Below the pieces are notes generated by a model, which saw nothing but the letters and a program-made list of their open reading frames with translations, made no database searches and had not been told where the DNA came from. 64,000 bases of DNA from an uncultured Alphaproteobacteria bacterium (GTDB taxonomy: Bacteria > Pseudomonadota > Alphaproteobacteria > Rs-D84), in the NCBI GenBank assembly GCA_905234185.1, contig CAJOGC010000001.1:31765-95764 (forward strand), written 5' to 3'. The stretch's first letter is position 1; every line of letters begins with the position of its first letter. A program made the translations under genes and the position numbers. Positions 18,690 to 28,815 of the stretch are shown here, in pieces.

Positions 18690-20264
18690 TTACATAAACA
18701 CTTTTCTATTTGCATAGCCGATTTTCTTGTTCTTGCCCCCCATGTACCAATCAATCAGAACCTTGGACAACAAGATACATGTGAACAATGTTGTCATAAC
18801 ACCAATAGACAGCGTTACGGCAAATCCACGAATCGGCCCTGCACCAAATTGGAACAGAATCAACGCACAGATCAGGTTCGTTAATTCACCATCCAAAACC
18901 GCCTTGTTCGAACGATGGAAACCTAAATCCACCGCACGCAAAGTCGGGGTTCCGGCCCTTATTTCATCACGGATACGTTCGAACGGCAAGATGTTCGCGT
19001 CCACGGCCATACCCAATGTCAACACGATACCAGCAATCCCCGGCAATGTCATAGTCGCCCCAAACAATGCGGACATTCCAACAATCATCATAAGATTGAC
19101 CAGCAACACCACATCGGCAATTATACCAAAGGCCCCATAAATCATCAGCATATACAATACAATAAACAACAAGCCAACCGCGGCACCCAATGTCCCGGAC
19201 GCAATGGTATCGGCCCCCAAACCCGCACCCACAGTACGTTCTTCGATAACTGTCAACGGCGCCGGCAATGCCCCAGACCGCAACAAAACGGCTAAATCTT
19301 TTGCGCCCTGTAATGTAAACCCACCCGAAATTTGACCACGGCCACCCGGAATTGGTTCACGAATATTTGGGGCGGACAAAACCTTGCCGTCCAACACAAT
19401 TGCAAAACGTTCATTAACATGTTCGGTTGTTAATTTTGCAAACTTACGCGCCCCCGCGGCATCAAACACCGTTGTCACAACCGGCATATTATTTTGGTCA
19501 AAGTCGGCCTGGGAATCTTTTAGCGATTCACCAGACACCTCGACCCGCGAATAGACCGGAACCGTTTGCCACGGCATTTCCATATACGGCAAGAAGTCCG
19601 TTCCACTTGGTGCACGCCCCGCCGCCAATTGTTCCGGTGAAACATTTTCATTTACTAAATGGAAAGTCATTTTTGCGGTTTGGCCGATCAACTCCTTGAT
19701 ATGTTCCGGATTATCAACCCCCGGCAATTGCACCAGGATGTATTTTCCACCCTGGGATTGAATTGATGGTTCCTTGGTCCCCAGCGCATCAATACGACGA
19801 CGAACAATTTCAATACTGCGCGCCAGCGCATCTTGGACCATTTCTTCTTTCTGCTTGTCCGAATAAGACAATTTTATAACATCACCACTTGATTCAATAT
19901 CAACGGTGTTTCCAAGCATCCCACGCAGGCGTCCCTTGGCCCGGGACACATCATCCGATTCACGAACAGAAAAAGAAATAACCCCGTCACTGTTCCGCAA
20001 ATCAGAATAACGAATAACACCCTTGTTTCTATCGATTAATGCAGACCGAACCTCGTCATACAACTGATTCGATTTATCCTTGAACATAGCGCTGGTATCG
20101 ACCTCTAATAATAACTGCGCCCCGCCCTTTAGGTCCAGTCCAAGTGGTACCGGCTTAATCCATTTTGGAAAATATGGTGCGGCCCCAGGCCAAAATGTTG
20201 GTACCGCCAACAACACCCCAAACACCGCAACAAAAATGATTGCTAACTTTTTCAACATCACCAT
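18690..20264 (-). CDS. secD: Protein translocase subunit SecD
   Basis: LGLDLKGG, LLRSGALPAPL, TLPGIAGIVLTLGMAVDAN. Confidence 0.97.
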   Translation of the reverse strand: MVMLKKLAIIFVAVFGVLLAVPTFWPGAAPYFPKWIKPVPLGLDLKGGAQLLLEVDTSAMFKDKSNQLYDEVRSALIDRNKGVIRYSDLRNSDGVISFSVRESDDVSRAKGRLRGMLGNTVDIESSGDVIKLSYSDKQKEEMVQDALARSIEIVRRRIDALGTKEPSIQSQGGKYILVQLPGVDNPEHIKELIGQTAKMTFHLVNENVSPEQLAAGRAPSGTDFLPYMEMPWQTVPVYSRVEVSGESLKDSQADFDQNNMPVVTTVFDAAGARKFAKLTTEHVNERFAIVLDGKVLSAPNIREPIPGGRGQISGGFTLQGAKDLAVLLRSGALPAPLTVIEERTVGAGLGADTIASGTLGAAVGLLFIVLYMLMIYGAFGIIADVVLLVNLMMIVGMSALFGATMTLPGIAGIVLTLGMAVDANILPFERIRDEIRAGTPTLRAVDLGFHRSNKAVLDGELTNLICALILFQFGAGPIRGFAVTLSIGVMTTLFTCILLSKVLIDWYMGGKNKKIGYANRKVFM

Positions 20265-20276
20265 TACCCCTTGTCT

Positions 20277-20585
20277 TTACTTTTCCACATTTGCAACCGC
20301 GTTTTTAGCAACCGTCACAACAACACCCTTGGCGATTTCAACATCAATTGTTGTATCGTCTATTTTTTTGATTGTGCCATAAATACCCGCGGCCAAAACC
20401 CGATTACCAATTTGCAACGAATCCAACATTTTTTGATATTCTGCCATGCGACGTTTATTCGGACGCACAATAAACAGATATATTACCCCAAATATAATAA
20501 TTAGATACAGAACCATTCCCCAAACATTCCCGTTTTGTGCGGTATTTGCCACGGTATCAATGGTCGCCTGATCAACTTCTGGCAT
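20277..20585 (-). CDS. yajC: Preprotein translocase subunit YajC
   Basis: YLFIVRP.KRR...L.SLQIG.RV...GIYG.I; lies upstream of secD. Confidence 0.93.
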   Translation of the reverse strand: MPEVDQATIDTVANTAQNGNVWGMVLYLIIIFGVIYLFIVRPNKRRMAEYQKMLDSLQIGNRVLAAGIYGTIKKIDDTTIDVEIAKGVVVTVAKNAVANVEK

Positions 20586-20678
20586 TATTTTCTCCTTAGT
20601 CTTTATTATTTATGGTGTTCAGAATAGTAAAAAATCCCCCGAGTGTAAAGCACAAAAAGCACTATCACTTCTCTCTGA

Positions 20679-22415
20679 TTAAGACCGTTCAAACCACCCA
20701 TCTATATCACTCAGCGGTATAAATTTATACACCGGCCGACCATGATTACACTGTCCCCCACGGGTTGTATTTTCAATATCGCGCAACAGCGCATCCATTT
20801 GTGCATAGTCCAGTTTCTGGCCAGCACGCACACTGTGATGACACGCATAGTTCGCCAATTTCAGATGCAGTTTTTCGTTCAATCCAGACGAATGCCCATT
20901 GTCCCGAACTTCGTCTGCAATGTCATGCAACACCGCCGCCCAATCCATATCCCAATCGGCGGGCTTTTCAAAAATCGCGATTGCATCATCACCAAACGCA
21001 TCAACATGCAATCCAGAATCGTGTAATTCGCCCACAATCGCCATAATCGCCATAACATCTTCTGTGCGCAGGTTAACAACTATGGGGGTTAACAAAGGTT
21101 GCCCTTTGATCGCATGACGACGCAACTGTTCATATGTGATACGTTCATGGGCCGCGTGCTGATCAACAATTACCAGATTTTCACCGGCCTGGGCTAAAAT
21201 ATATTTATTAGCAATTTGACCCAGGACGCGTCCCAAGGGTAAATCATTGGAAACATCGCCTTGTGATATGACATCAATCTCAAAAGGTGTGTTATTTTCA
21301 GACGATTTTTTATCAAACACATTTTTCACAAACGATGGTTTATCTGCGACATGACAAACACCTACCATTGGAATATTAAAATGCATTGTTTGGGCGCTAT
21401 GTGCATTGTTTTGTGGTGTTGCGACATTTTGGCCCGCATTTTCATTCATCGTTTTTGCCAATGTATCGCGTATTGATTTTATAATAAATGATCGCACATG
21501 ATTCGGTTCCAAAAAGTGCACTTCGGTTTTCGCCGGCGACACATTTACATCAACCGCATCCGGCGCAAGGTCAAGATACAATGCACATAGCGGGAATTCG
21601 CGTGCATGCATAACATCCATATATGCGGCCCGTAATGCACCGACCAAAACCTTGTCTTTTACAGGACGTCCATTAACAAACAGATATTGGTCCACCGACG
21701 AAGCACGTCGCAGTGTCGGTTTGGACACAAATCCATGCAGTCGCATATTTGCAGATCCAGACGATGCATCCACCGACAACATTTGATCGATAACATCGTC
21801 CCCCATAACGGCGACAATTCGTTCGATAATTTCTTGATTTTTTGGGAAACGCCATTTGTTGTTAAGTGTAAATCCGACATCGCCGCGTGCCATGGCAAGG
21901 CGCTTTACCGTATCCAGCACAGACATCATTTCTGCACGATCTCCGCGTAAAAACTTTAATCGGGCGGGAGTATTTGCAAAAAGATTTTGGACCCGTACCC
22001 GTGTGCCACTTTGCCAATCAGATGGGCGCACATCCCCCGTGGAACACTTAATATGCCACCCGTTATTATCCAGGCCATTACATGTATCGATTGTCATATC
22101 CGATACAGACGCAATAGACGGCAATGCTTCACCACGAAATCCCATGTATGTTATATGTTGTAAATCATCGTCGGGCAATTTAGATGTTGCATGCCGCATA
22201 ATTGCGCGCGACAAATCTTCGCGCGACATTCCCGAACCGTTATCTATCACGGAAATTGATGTCCGGCCGCCATCAACAACATCGATAACAATTTGGTCGG
22301 CACCCGCATCCAGCGCATTTTCCACCAATTCTTTGACCACGGACGCGGGGCGTTCAACAACCTCGCCGGCGGCAATCTGGTTCACTAGAAAATCGGGCAA
22401 CACGCGCACAGACAT
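20679..22415 (-). CDS. mutL: DNA mismatch repair endonuclease MutL
   Basis: NQIAAGEVVERPASVVKELVEN, GFRGEAL, DQHAAHERI, CNHGRP. Confidence 0.97.
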   Translation of the reverse strand: MSVRVLPDFLVNQIAAGEVVERPASVVKELVENALDAGADQIVIDVVDGGRTSISVIDNGSGMSREDLSRAIMRHATSKLPDDDLQHITYMGFRGEALPSIASVSDMTIDTCNGLDNNGWHIKCSTGDVRPSDWQSGTRVRVQNLFANTPARLKFLRGDRAEMMSVLDTVKRLAMARGDVGFTLNNKWRFPKNQEIIERIVAVMGDDVIDQMLSVDASSGSANMRLHGFVSKPTLRRASSVDQYLFVNGRPVKDKVLVGALRAAYMDVMHAREFPLCALYLDLAPDAVDVNVSPAKTEVHFLEPNHVRSFIIKSIRDTLAKTMNENAGQNVATPQNNAHSAQTMHFNIPMVGVCHVADKPSFVKNVFDKKSSENNTPFEIDVISQGDVSNDLPLGRVLGQIANKYILAQAGENLVIVDQHAAHERITYEQLRRHAIKGQPLLTPIVVNLRTEDVMAIMAIVGELHDSGLHVDAFGDDAIAIFEKPADWDMDWAAVLHDIADEVRDNGHSSGLNEKLHLKLANYACHHSVRAGQKLDYAQMDALLRDIENTTRGGQCNHGRPVYKFIPLSDIDGWFERS

Positions 22416-22421
22416 ATAAGT

Positions 22422-22892
22422 CTAGTCCTTAAACTTTACTTCCAAAATTTCGAATTCTTTTTCACCACTCGGTAATTTAACAGTGCACAAATCCCCAACA
22501 CAGTGCCCAATCAGCGCATGTCCGACCGGCGAAGTGCATGATATTACCATTTTACCGTCGGCCTCGATATCAGACAAAATACGACATTGCATTTTATTAC
22601 CATCTTCGTCTTCGGCGACCACGCGTGCACCAAACACGACACGATTTCCCGATAAATTGTCCACATCGACCACATCGGCATTTGCAACGATACCCTCTAA
22701 AAACTGAATTCGTTTATCAATCTGACGTTGTTTTTCGCGTGCCGCACTGTAATCCGCATTTTCAGACAAATCGCCCAGGCTTCGCGCCCACTGAACAGTT
22801 TTAAGGATTTCGGGGCGCTGAACCTCTTTCAAGTCTTTCAATTCTTTGACAATCGCATCAAAACCAGCGCGCGATATTGGATACTTTTCCAT
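22422..22892 (-). CDS. greA: Transcription elongation factor GreA
   Basis: GDLSENADYSAA.E.Q, VVFGA.V, SP.G.ALIG. Confidence 0.95.
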   Translation of the reverse strand: MEKYPISRAGFDAIVKELKDLKEVQRPEILKTVQWARSLGDLSENADYSAAREKQRQIDKRIQFLEGIVANADVVDVDNLSGNRVVFGARVVAEDEDGNKMQCRILSDIEADGKMVISCTSPVGHALIGHCVGDLCTVKLPSGEKEFEILEVKFKD

Positions 22893-22999
22893 CTTTGCTT
22901 CCTGTTTTTTAGTGTCATAATTATAAAATAACATTTTAATTTTGCAATTGCCAAATGAACAAGTTATAATCAGCAATTGATACATATATAATATAAACG

Positions 23000-24058
23000 A
23001 TGTTCAGATACAAGATTTTAAACAGATTTCTGCTGCGCCGATTTTTTTACGGTGTCGGCCTTGTTATGCTGGTTGTATGCGGAATTATATTTGCTGTGAC
23101 TTTTGTGGAACGGTTGCCGTCAAATCCAACCGCCGTTGCTGCATTAATGGATGCATGGACACGACTTATGGAATATGTGCCAATGTTTTTACCGATGGCC
23201 ATATTTATGGGGACACTTTTGGCGTCATACAATCTGACAAAATCCAGCGAAAATATCATTATTTCCGGGGCGGGTCTGTCACCATATCAAATGGCGCGAC
23301 CTTTTTTATTTGGCGCCACATTAATCGGGATTGTTGCAACGACGGTTATAAACCCGTATTCAGTTTATCTTAGCACACGCGAAATCACAACAAATCATCT
23401 AAAGTTAGTCGATGGGGCAATCTGGTTGCGCGAAAGTAATGACAACGGATACATCACTTTACGTGCGGAATCATTGGACCGCGATAACAAAAACCTGGTA
23501 TTTAACAACGCGACCATATTCGTACAAAACCCGGAATTCAGATTAACAGAACGTGTCACAGCGAAACATATAACCCTTAGTGACAATGGCATGGATTCTC
23601 AATCTGCATATATTTGGAACGGTATCGGCGGTGATGTAAAGGGGGCTTGGCATGCCGAATCACAGTTAACCCCCCGCACGGTCCTTGATCGCTATCTGCA
23701 ACCGGACCAGATATCGTTCTGGCAATTACCGACATTTATAAGAAAAATGGAAAATGTTGGCATACCGGTACGCGGTCATTGGGTACAATTTTGGACATTG
23801 CTGTTTTTGCCACTTTCTATGATAGCGATGGCGACACTAGGCATTGCTTTTTCCCAAACACGTCAACGTCGAAATTACAGTTTTGGTCCAAAGTTTAGCA
23901 TTGGTATCGTCACATGCTTTGCATCATATTTCGTAATAAATATGTTTAATGCATTGGGTGCAACGGGCGTATTACCACCGGTACTGGCGATTATTGCGCC
24001 ACCACTTATTATTATTGCGGGTGCCGGCGTGTTCATTGCCGGTTTCGATACAATTTAA
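23000..24058 (+). CDS. LPS export ABC permease, LptF/LptG family
   Basis: 3 TM + periplasmic beta domain + 3 TM; LTKSSE..I..AGLS motif. Confidence 0.88.
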   Translation: MFRYKILNRFLLRRFFYGVGLVMLVVCGIIFAVTFVERLPSNPTAVAALMDAWTRLMEYVPMFLPMAIFMGTLLASYNLTKSSENIIISGAGLSPYQMARPFLFGATLIGIVATTVINPYSVYLSTREITTNHLKLVDGAIWLRESNDNGYITLRAESLDRDNKNLVFNNATIFVQNPEFRLTERVTAKHITLSDNGMDSQSAYIWNGIGGDVKGAWHAESQLTPRTVLDRYLQPDQISFWQLPTFIRKMENVGIPVRGHWVQFWTLLFLPLSMIAMATLGIAFSQTRQRRNYSFGPKFSIGIVTCFASYFVINMFNALGATGVLPPVLAIIAPPLIIIAGAGVFIAGFDTI

Positions 24059-24073
24059 TACATGGAGGTCATC

Positions 24074-24205
24074 ATGCCATTACGCAAAAAGAAAAATATA
24101 AGTTTTCGCAAAATCGCGGTTATCACAATTATCGTCATTATATTGATATTGATGATTATATCGTTCCCTGCCCCCCAAAATATGACCGAGGTTGTGCTGT
24201 CATAA
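24074..24205 (+). CDS. Small single-pass membrane protein (43 aa)
   Basis: GGAGG RBS; MPLRKKKNISFRKIAVITIIVIILILMIISFPAPQNMTEVVLS; TAATG overlap with xerD. Too short for the ORF track. Confidence 0.7.
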   Translation: MPLRKKKNISFRKIAVITIIVIILILMIISFPAPQNMTEVVLS

Positions 24206-25068
24206 TGAACTATATCGACATATTTTTAGAAGCACTGTCTGCAGAAAAAGGTCGCTCTGACAAAACATTGATTGCGTATTCATCCGACCTTAAGCACGCA
24301 GACGAAACGATACCAGGCGGTTTGATGGGTGCGGACGAAAACGCGATTCAAAACTATCTGGCATCTCTGCCGGACCGACCATCATCTGTCGCACGCCATG
24401 CCAGTGCTCTGCGGGGATTTTACAAATTCTTGATGTTGGAAAAAATTATTACGAAAAATCCGACGGCAAATCTAGAATTGCCAAAGCGCGCACGCACATT
24501 GCCAAAATTTTTATCTGCGGAAGAAATTGAATTATTAATATCATCGGCTGGCGACATTAAAAATGCGGTGCGCCTGCGCGCTATGTTGGAATTGGTATAC
24601 GCATCGGGATTGCGCGTATCTGAATTGTGCGAATTGCCAATGACGGCAAACCTGGGCGATAAATTACTTATTCATGGCAAGGGGGCCAAGGAACGAATCG
24701 TTCCGATGCATCCTGGCGCGGTCCATGCATTAAATAAATGGTTAGATATTCGTGGCGATAATCCATCGAAATATGTATTTCCATCAAACGGTGCATCGGG
24801 CCACATTACGCGCGATGGTTTTTTCAAGATTCTTAAAAAATGCGCAGTTTTGTCCGGCATAGACCCGCACCGGGTCAGTCCGCATGTGTTGCGCCATTCG
24901 TTCGCGTCACATTTGTTGGCCGGTGGTGCAAACCTGCGCGCGATACAGACAATGCTGGGCCACGAAGATATTTCAACAACACAAATCTATACACATATTA
25001 TGCCGGAACAATTGAAAGAGACAATTGCCCTGCATCATCCATTGGCTAACAAAGGTAATAAAAAATGA
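24205..25068 (+). CDS. xerD: Site-specific tyrosine recombinase XerD
   Basis: YASGLRVSEL, GKGAKERIVP, SPHVLRHSFASHLL.GGANLRAIQ.MLGH.DISTTQIYTH. Confidence 0.9.
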   Translation: MNYIDIFLEALSAEKGRSDKTLIAYSSDLKHADETIPGGLMGADENAIQNYLASLPDRPSSVARHASALRGFYKFLMLEKIITKNPTANLELPKRARTLPKFLSAEEIELLISSAGDIKNAVRLRAMLELVYASGLRVSELCELPMTANLGDKLLIHGKGAKERIVPMHPGAVHALNKWLDIRGDNPSKYVFPSNGASGHITRDGFFKILKKCAVLSGIDPHRVSPHVLRHSFASHLLAGGANLRAIQTMLGHEDISTTQIYTHIMPEQLKETIALHHPLANKGNKK

Positions 25069-25556
25069 TAAAACGATGTGACCATGCGGGTTGCCCAAAG
25101 GCGGGATCATGCCGTTGTCCAAAAACACGCGACTTGCGCGAATATTGGTATTTCTGCACAGAACACGCCGCCGAATATAATAAAAATTGGAATTATTATG
25201 CGGGAATGAGCGCGGATGAAATAGAAGAAGATTGGGAACGCGAAACATTTGGATCGCCATTAAAAGATAAAAATAAAGCCAACGCGGACGAAGCGGAATA
25301 TATCAAATTCCTTAATGATTTTATAAATGGTCGCAGTGCGTTTGACCATATGCCGAAAAAGACCGCCCTGCCCGGTCCAGTGATGAACGCATTGAAAGTT
25401 TTTGATTTACCGATAAGTGCGTCATGGCGCGATGTCGGTGTGCGCTATCGCGCACTTGCGAAAAAGCACCACCCCGATCGTTCGGGTTCCGCCACCGAAT
25501 TTGCCAAGGTTTCCAGCGCATACGATACACTTAAAAAATATTTTGGAAAGAAATGA
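25065..25556 (+). CDS. J-domain protein with an N-terminal Cys/His zinc-finger-like region
   Basis: CDHAGC...FC.EH..EYNK.WNY; YRALAKKHHPD. Confidence 0.88.
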   Translation: MIKRCDHAGCPKAGSCRCPKTRDLREYWYFCTEHAAEYNKNWNYYAGMSADEIEEDWERETFGSPLKDKNKANADEAEYIKFLNDFINGRSAFDHMPKKTALPGPVMNALKVFDLPISASWRDVGVRYRALAKKHHPDRSGSATEFAKVSSAYDTLKKYFGKK

Positions 25557-25665
25557 AAATCACGTCAAAGCCATGCGCACGTGCACATAGACTTAATTTT
25601 GACACACAAAAAATTCATAAAAAATCAAAATATGGAAAGATAAAAAACACACCATCACGCGTTTC

Positions 25666-25815
25666 AAGTTCTCCTCCTTTGGAGGAGTCCGCGCAGCGGG
25701 AGGTGGTTAGAGTTTTTGTTCTTTAAGCAAGAAGTCTCTTACCCCCCCGCCCTGCGGGTCCTTCCGTCTCCGCTGTCGCTACGCTGAGATTTCGCCCCCC
25801 ACAGGAGGGGAACTT
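25666..25815. repeat. Inverted doublet of GC-rich palindromic REP-like units
   Basis: aagttctcctcctttggaggag... versus ...cccccacaggaggggaactt, at the trxB 3' end. Confidence 0.6.
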
Positions 25816-26722
25816 ATTCCCGTGAATTAAGATATGCAATTGCGTTCATGGCGGCGGTGCATCCGGTGCCAACGGCGGTTGCAACCTGCATCTTGATGTC
25901 AGAATGCACATCGCCCGCAACAAATGTACCCGCCGGCAATTTTTCCGGTATCAAACGGCCCATTTCATCGCGTGGCACCCCTTCGTCCAGATAATCGGTG
26001 TTCGCTTCGTGTCCAATCGCAACGAACAAACCATCCGCTTCGATTTCTTTATCATCTAATGTCGTCACAACAATCTTGTCCGTTCCCGGCACCGCGGCAA
26101 CCCGCTTCAAATCAGTATTGAACAGGCATTCGATATTTTTACGTTCCGCGACACGATTGCGCAGGACCGCTTCGGCGCGGAAAAATGAGCCTTTGCGATA
26201 AACAATTTTGACTGATTTCGCAATGTCCGCCAAATACAGTGCGTCATTTAATGCGGAATTTCCACCACCCATAACAATTACATCTTTGCCATGGTAAAAG
26301 AAACCGTCACATGTTGCACAATATGACACGCCATGTCCCATTAACTCTTTGGCACCATCTATCTGTAATTTTCGTGGTGATGCACCGGTCGCAAATATAA
26401 CCGTTTTGCCGACATAGTTTTTGCCATCATCACCTAAGACATTAAAGCCACTTTCCGCATCACCATCAACAGAACGCGCCGATACAAACACGATTTTTGC
26501 ACCGAACGATTCCGCCTGCTTTTTCATAAATTCGGCCAGCCCTAATCCGTCACCGGTCCAACCAGGATAATTTTCCAACTTTGCGATTCCGGACATCTGG
26601 CCACCCAGTGTCGGTCCACCCAGAACGATAACCTTTTTATTTGCACGCCCCGCGTACAACGCCGCCGTCAATCCCGCCGGTCCAGACCCCAAAATAATTA
26701 CATCATACATTTCGATTTCCAT
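25814..26722 (-). CDS. trxB: Thioredoxin-disulfide reductase
   Basis: GSGPAGLTAA, GVSYCATCDG, GGGNSA, FVAGD. Confidence 0.95.
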   Translation of the reverse strand: MEIEMYDVIILGSGPAGLTAALYAGRANKKVIVLGGPTLGGQMSGIAKLENYPGWTGDGLGLAEFMKKQAESFGAKIVFVSARSVDGDAESGFNVLGDDGKNYVGKTVIFATGASPRKLQIDGAKELMGHGVSYCATCDGFFYHGKDVIVMGGGNSALNDALYLADIAKSVKIVYRKGSFFRAEAVLRNRVAERKNIECLFNTDLKRVAAVPGTDKIVVTTLDDKEIEADGLFVAIGHEANTDYLDEGVPRDEMGRLIPEKLPAGTFVAGDVHSDIKMQVATAVGTGCTAAMNAIAYLNSRE

Positions 26723-26862
26723 ATCATTTCCTTTTCTTGTTGCCAGAATCATAACATATCACGCGCGCAACGCAAACCCAAAAATCAGCCCCATGAATAT
26801 GTTGATTTTGACGCAAAAACATCCTATAATCCGCGCATGATTTAATCAAATGGGGACACACT

Positions 26863-28140
26863 ATGATAGACATTAAATTTATTCGTGAAAATCCAGATAT
26901 TGTTAAAAATGCCTGTGCTGTGAAAAACTTTGCCGATAATGTTGATGATATATTAGCGTTAGACAAACGCGTCCGCGAACTTAAAACAATTACGCAGACC
27001 AAGACCGCGGAAAAAAATAAAATCACGCGTGAAATCCCAACCGCCACTGACAAGGCACCACTGATCGCACAATCTAAAAAAATTGGTGAAGAGATTGCGG
27101 CCGATATGGCGGAATTGGCGGATAAAGAAGCGGAATTAAACGAATTATTGCATTGTGTCCCACAAATTCCGTCAGCAGATGCGCCGATTGGTCGTGACGA
27201 CGGTGATAATGTTGAAATTCGTCGTGTCGGCGAACCGCCTAAGTTTGATTTTACACCGCGTGCCCAGTGGGATTTGTTGGATATGAACAATTGGTGGGCG
27301 CCGGAAAAAATCGGTGAAATATGTGGCACACGCACATATTGTTTAATGGGCGAAGCCGCCGAGTTATCGTTGGCAATTCAAACATATGTGATTCAGAAAC
27401 TGATTAGCAAAGGTTTCCGTTTTGTTGAATGTCCATCAATCACAAAACCACAAACCATTTTTAATGCCGGTCATTTCAAGGGATCTGATTTGTCGGTTAT
27501 GAATAACGACGTGTTTATGTTAACCGATACGGATAGATGCTTGGCCGGAACAGCGGAAATTATTCTGAATTCGTTGCATGCGGACGAGGTGTTAAATGAA
27601 AAGGATTTGCCAATTAAATATGCGGGCTTTTCACCATGTTTCCGTAAAGAGGCCGGCGCGGCTGGTCGCGACACACGCGGTCTGGTTCGTTTTCATCAGT
27701 TTAACAAGGTCGAACAATATATATACTGCACCCCGGAACAAAGCGACGAAATGCATGAACACATTCTGAACAACCTGTGTGAAGTTATGGAAGATTTGGA
27801 ATTACCGTATCGCGTGATTGCAAATTGCACCGGTGACATGGGTTTCAACAAGGTTAAAATGAACGATGTCGAGGCATGGTTTCCATCCGAAAATGCATAT
27901 CGTGAATTGGGTTCTTGTTCATCGATTGGTCAGTTTCAAGCCCGTCGTACAAACACGCGTTATCGTGCGGGCGACGGAACGCTTCAATTCTGTGCGACAT
28001 TAAATAATACTGGCATCGCCCTGCCACGTGCACTGGTACCGGTTATTGAAAACCATCAAAATGCCGATGGTTCGGTTAATATTCCGAAAAAATTACAACC
28101 ATTGATGGGCGGAAGGACAAAAATTGGTGGTAAACACTAA
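26863..28140 (+). CDS. serS: Serine--tRNA ligase
   Basis: MIDIKFIREN, GTAE, CFRKEAGAAGRDTRGL.R.HQF.KVE, TLNNT, ENHQ..DG. Confidence 0.97.
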   Translation: MIDIKFIRENPDIVKNACAVKNFADNVDDILALDKRVRELKTITQTKTAEKNKITREIPTATDKAPLIAQSKKIGEEIAADMAELADKEAELNELLHCVPQIPSADAPIGRDDGDNVEIRRVGEPPKFDFTPRAQWDLLDMNNWWAPEKIGEICGTRTYCLMGEAAELSLAIQTYVIQKLISKGFRFVECPSITKPQTIFNAGHFKGSDLSVMNNDVFMLTDTDRCLAGTAEIILNSLHADEVLNEKDLPIKYAGFSPCFRKEAGAAGRDTRGLVRFHQFNKVEQYIYCTPEQSDEMHEHILNNLCEVMEDLELPYRVIANCTGDMGFNKVKMNDVEAWFPSENAYRELGSCSSIGQFQARRTNTRYRAGDGTLQFCATLNNTGIALPRALVPVIENHQNADGSVNIPKKLQPLMGGRTKIGGKH

Positions 28141-28144
28141 AAAT

Positions 28145-28168
28145 AAAAACCGGCAAAAGCCGGTTTTT
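28145..28168. terminator. Bidirectional Rho-independent terminator
   Basis: aaaaaccggc-aaaa-gccggttttt between convergent genes. Confidence 0.85.
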
Positions 28169-28170
28169 TA

Positions 28171-28659
28171 TTAACGTTGTTTTGTTGACAACAGTTTTTG
28201 GGGATTTGTTAATGTGACCCGCAACCGTTCGAATATATTTTCTGCACGCAACACTTTGTATTTTTTTATCGCTTTTGCTAACTCTTGTTTTTGATAATCA
28301 CCTTTGACCTGATAATAATTACCAATAGCAACCAACACATCATTCACCGCAATCAGCATAGAATTATCATATTGGTTAAACCCGCGTTTTACAGAAAACC
28401 CACGCTCGTGATTACAAACATAGCCATATAAGTTCCCGTATTCCGTATATTTAAATGGATCGGCCATAACATGGCTCCACATTTCCATTGTATCTACAAC
28501 ATCTTTTTTGTCGGTATCATCATGGACAATATTGCGACCACCCTCGTATTCATATTCGTACTCGCTTCTGTTCGGCAAACGATCTTTCAACCAACCGTTA
28601 ACATCCGCCACGAAATTCATTATCGTTAAATCGTAATCTTGTATTTTCACCTTTGACAA
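28171..28659 (-). CDS. Hypothetical protein
   Basis: 162-aa ORF, TTG start with AGGAGG RBS, no motif recognised. Confidence 0.7.
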   Translation of the reverse strand: MSKVKIQDYDLTIMNFVADVNGWLKDRLPNRSEYEYEYEGGRNIVHDDTDKKDVVDTMEMWSHVMADPFKYTEYGNLYGYVCNHERGFSVKRGFNQYDNSMLIAVNDVLVAIGNYYQVKGDYQKQELAKAIKKYKVLRAENIFERLRVTLTNPQKLLSTKQR

Positions 28660-28815
28660 TGCAAACCTCCTTTTGTTCGTACACCGTCACGCTAATAAAT
28701 ATAGACAAAACAAACAAAATGTCAATATTTTTGTAAAAATTTCTTCTATCTTGTTGAAAATCGCGAAAAATGATATAATCTATGTCCGATTTATGCAAAA
28801 TATGGGGCAAAATAG

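Noticed and set aside
24205..25068. Tyrosine recombinase as a phage or integron integrase
   Set aside because: It has canonical XerD motifs, a housekeeping context and no IntI-specific insertion or att sites.
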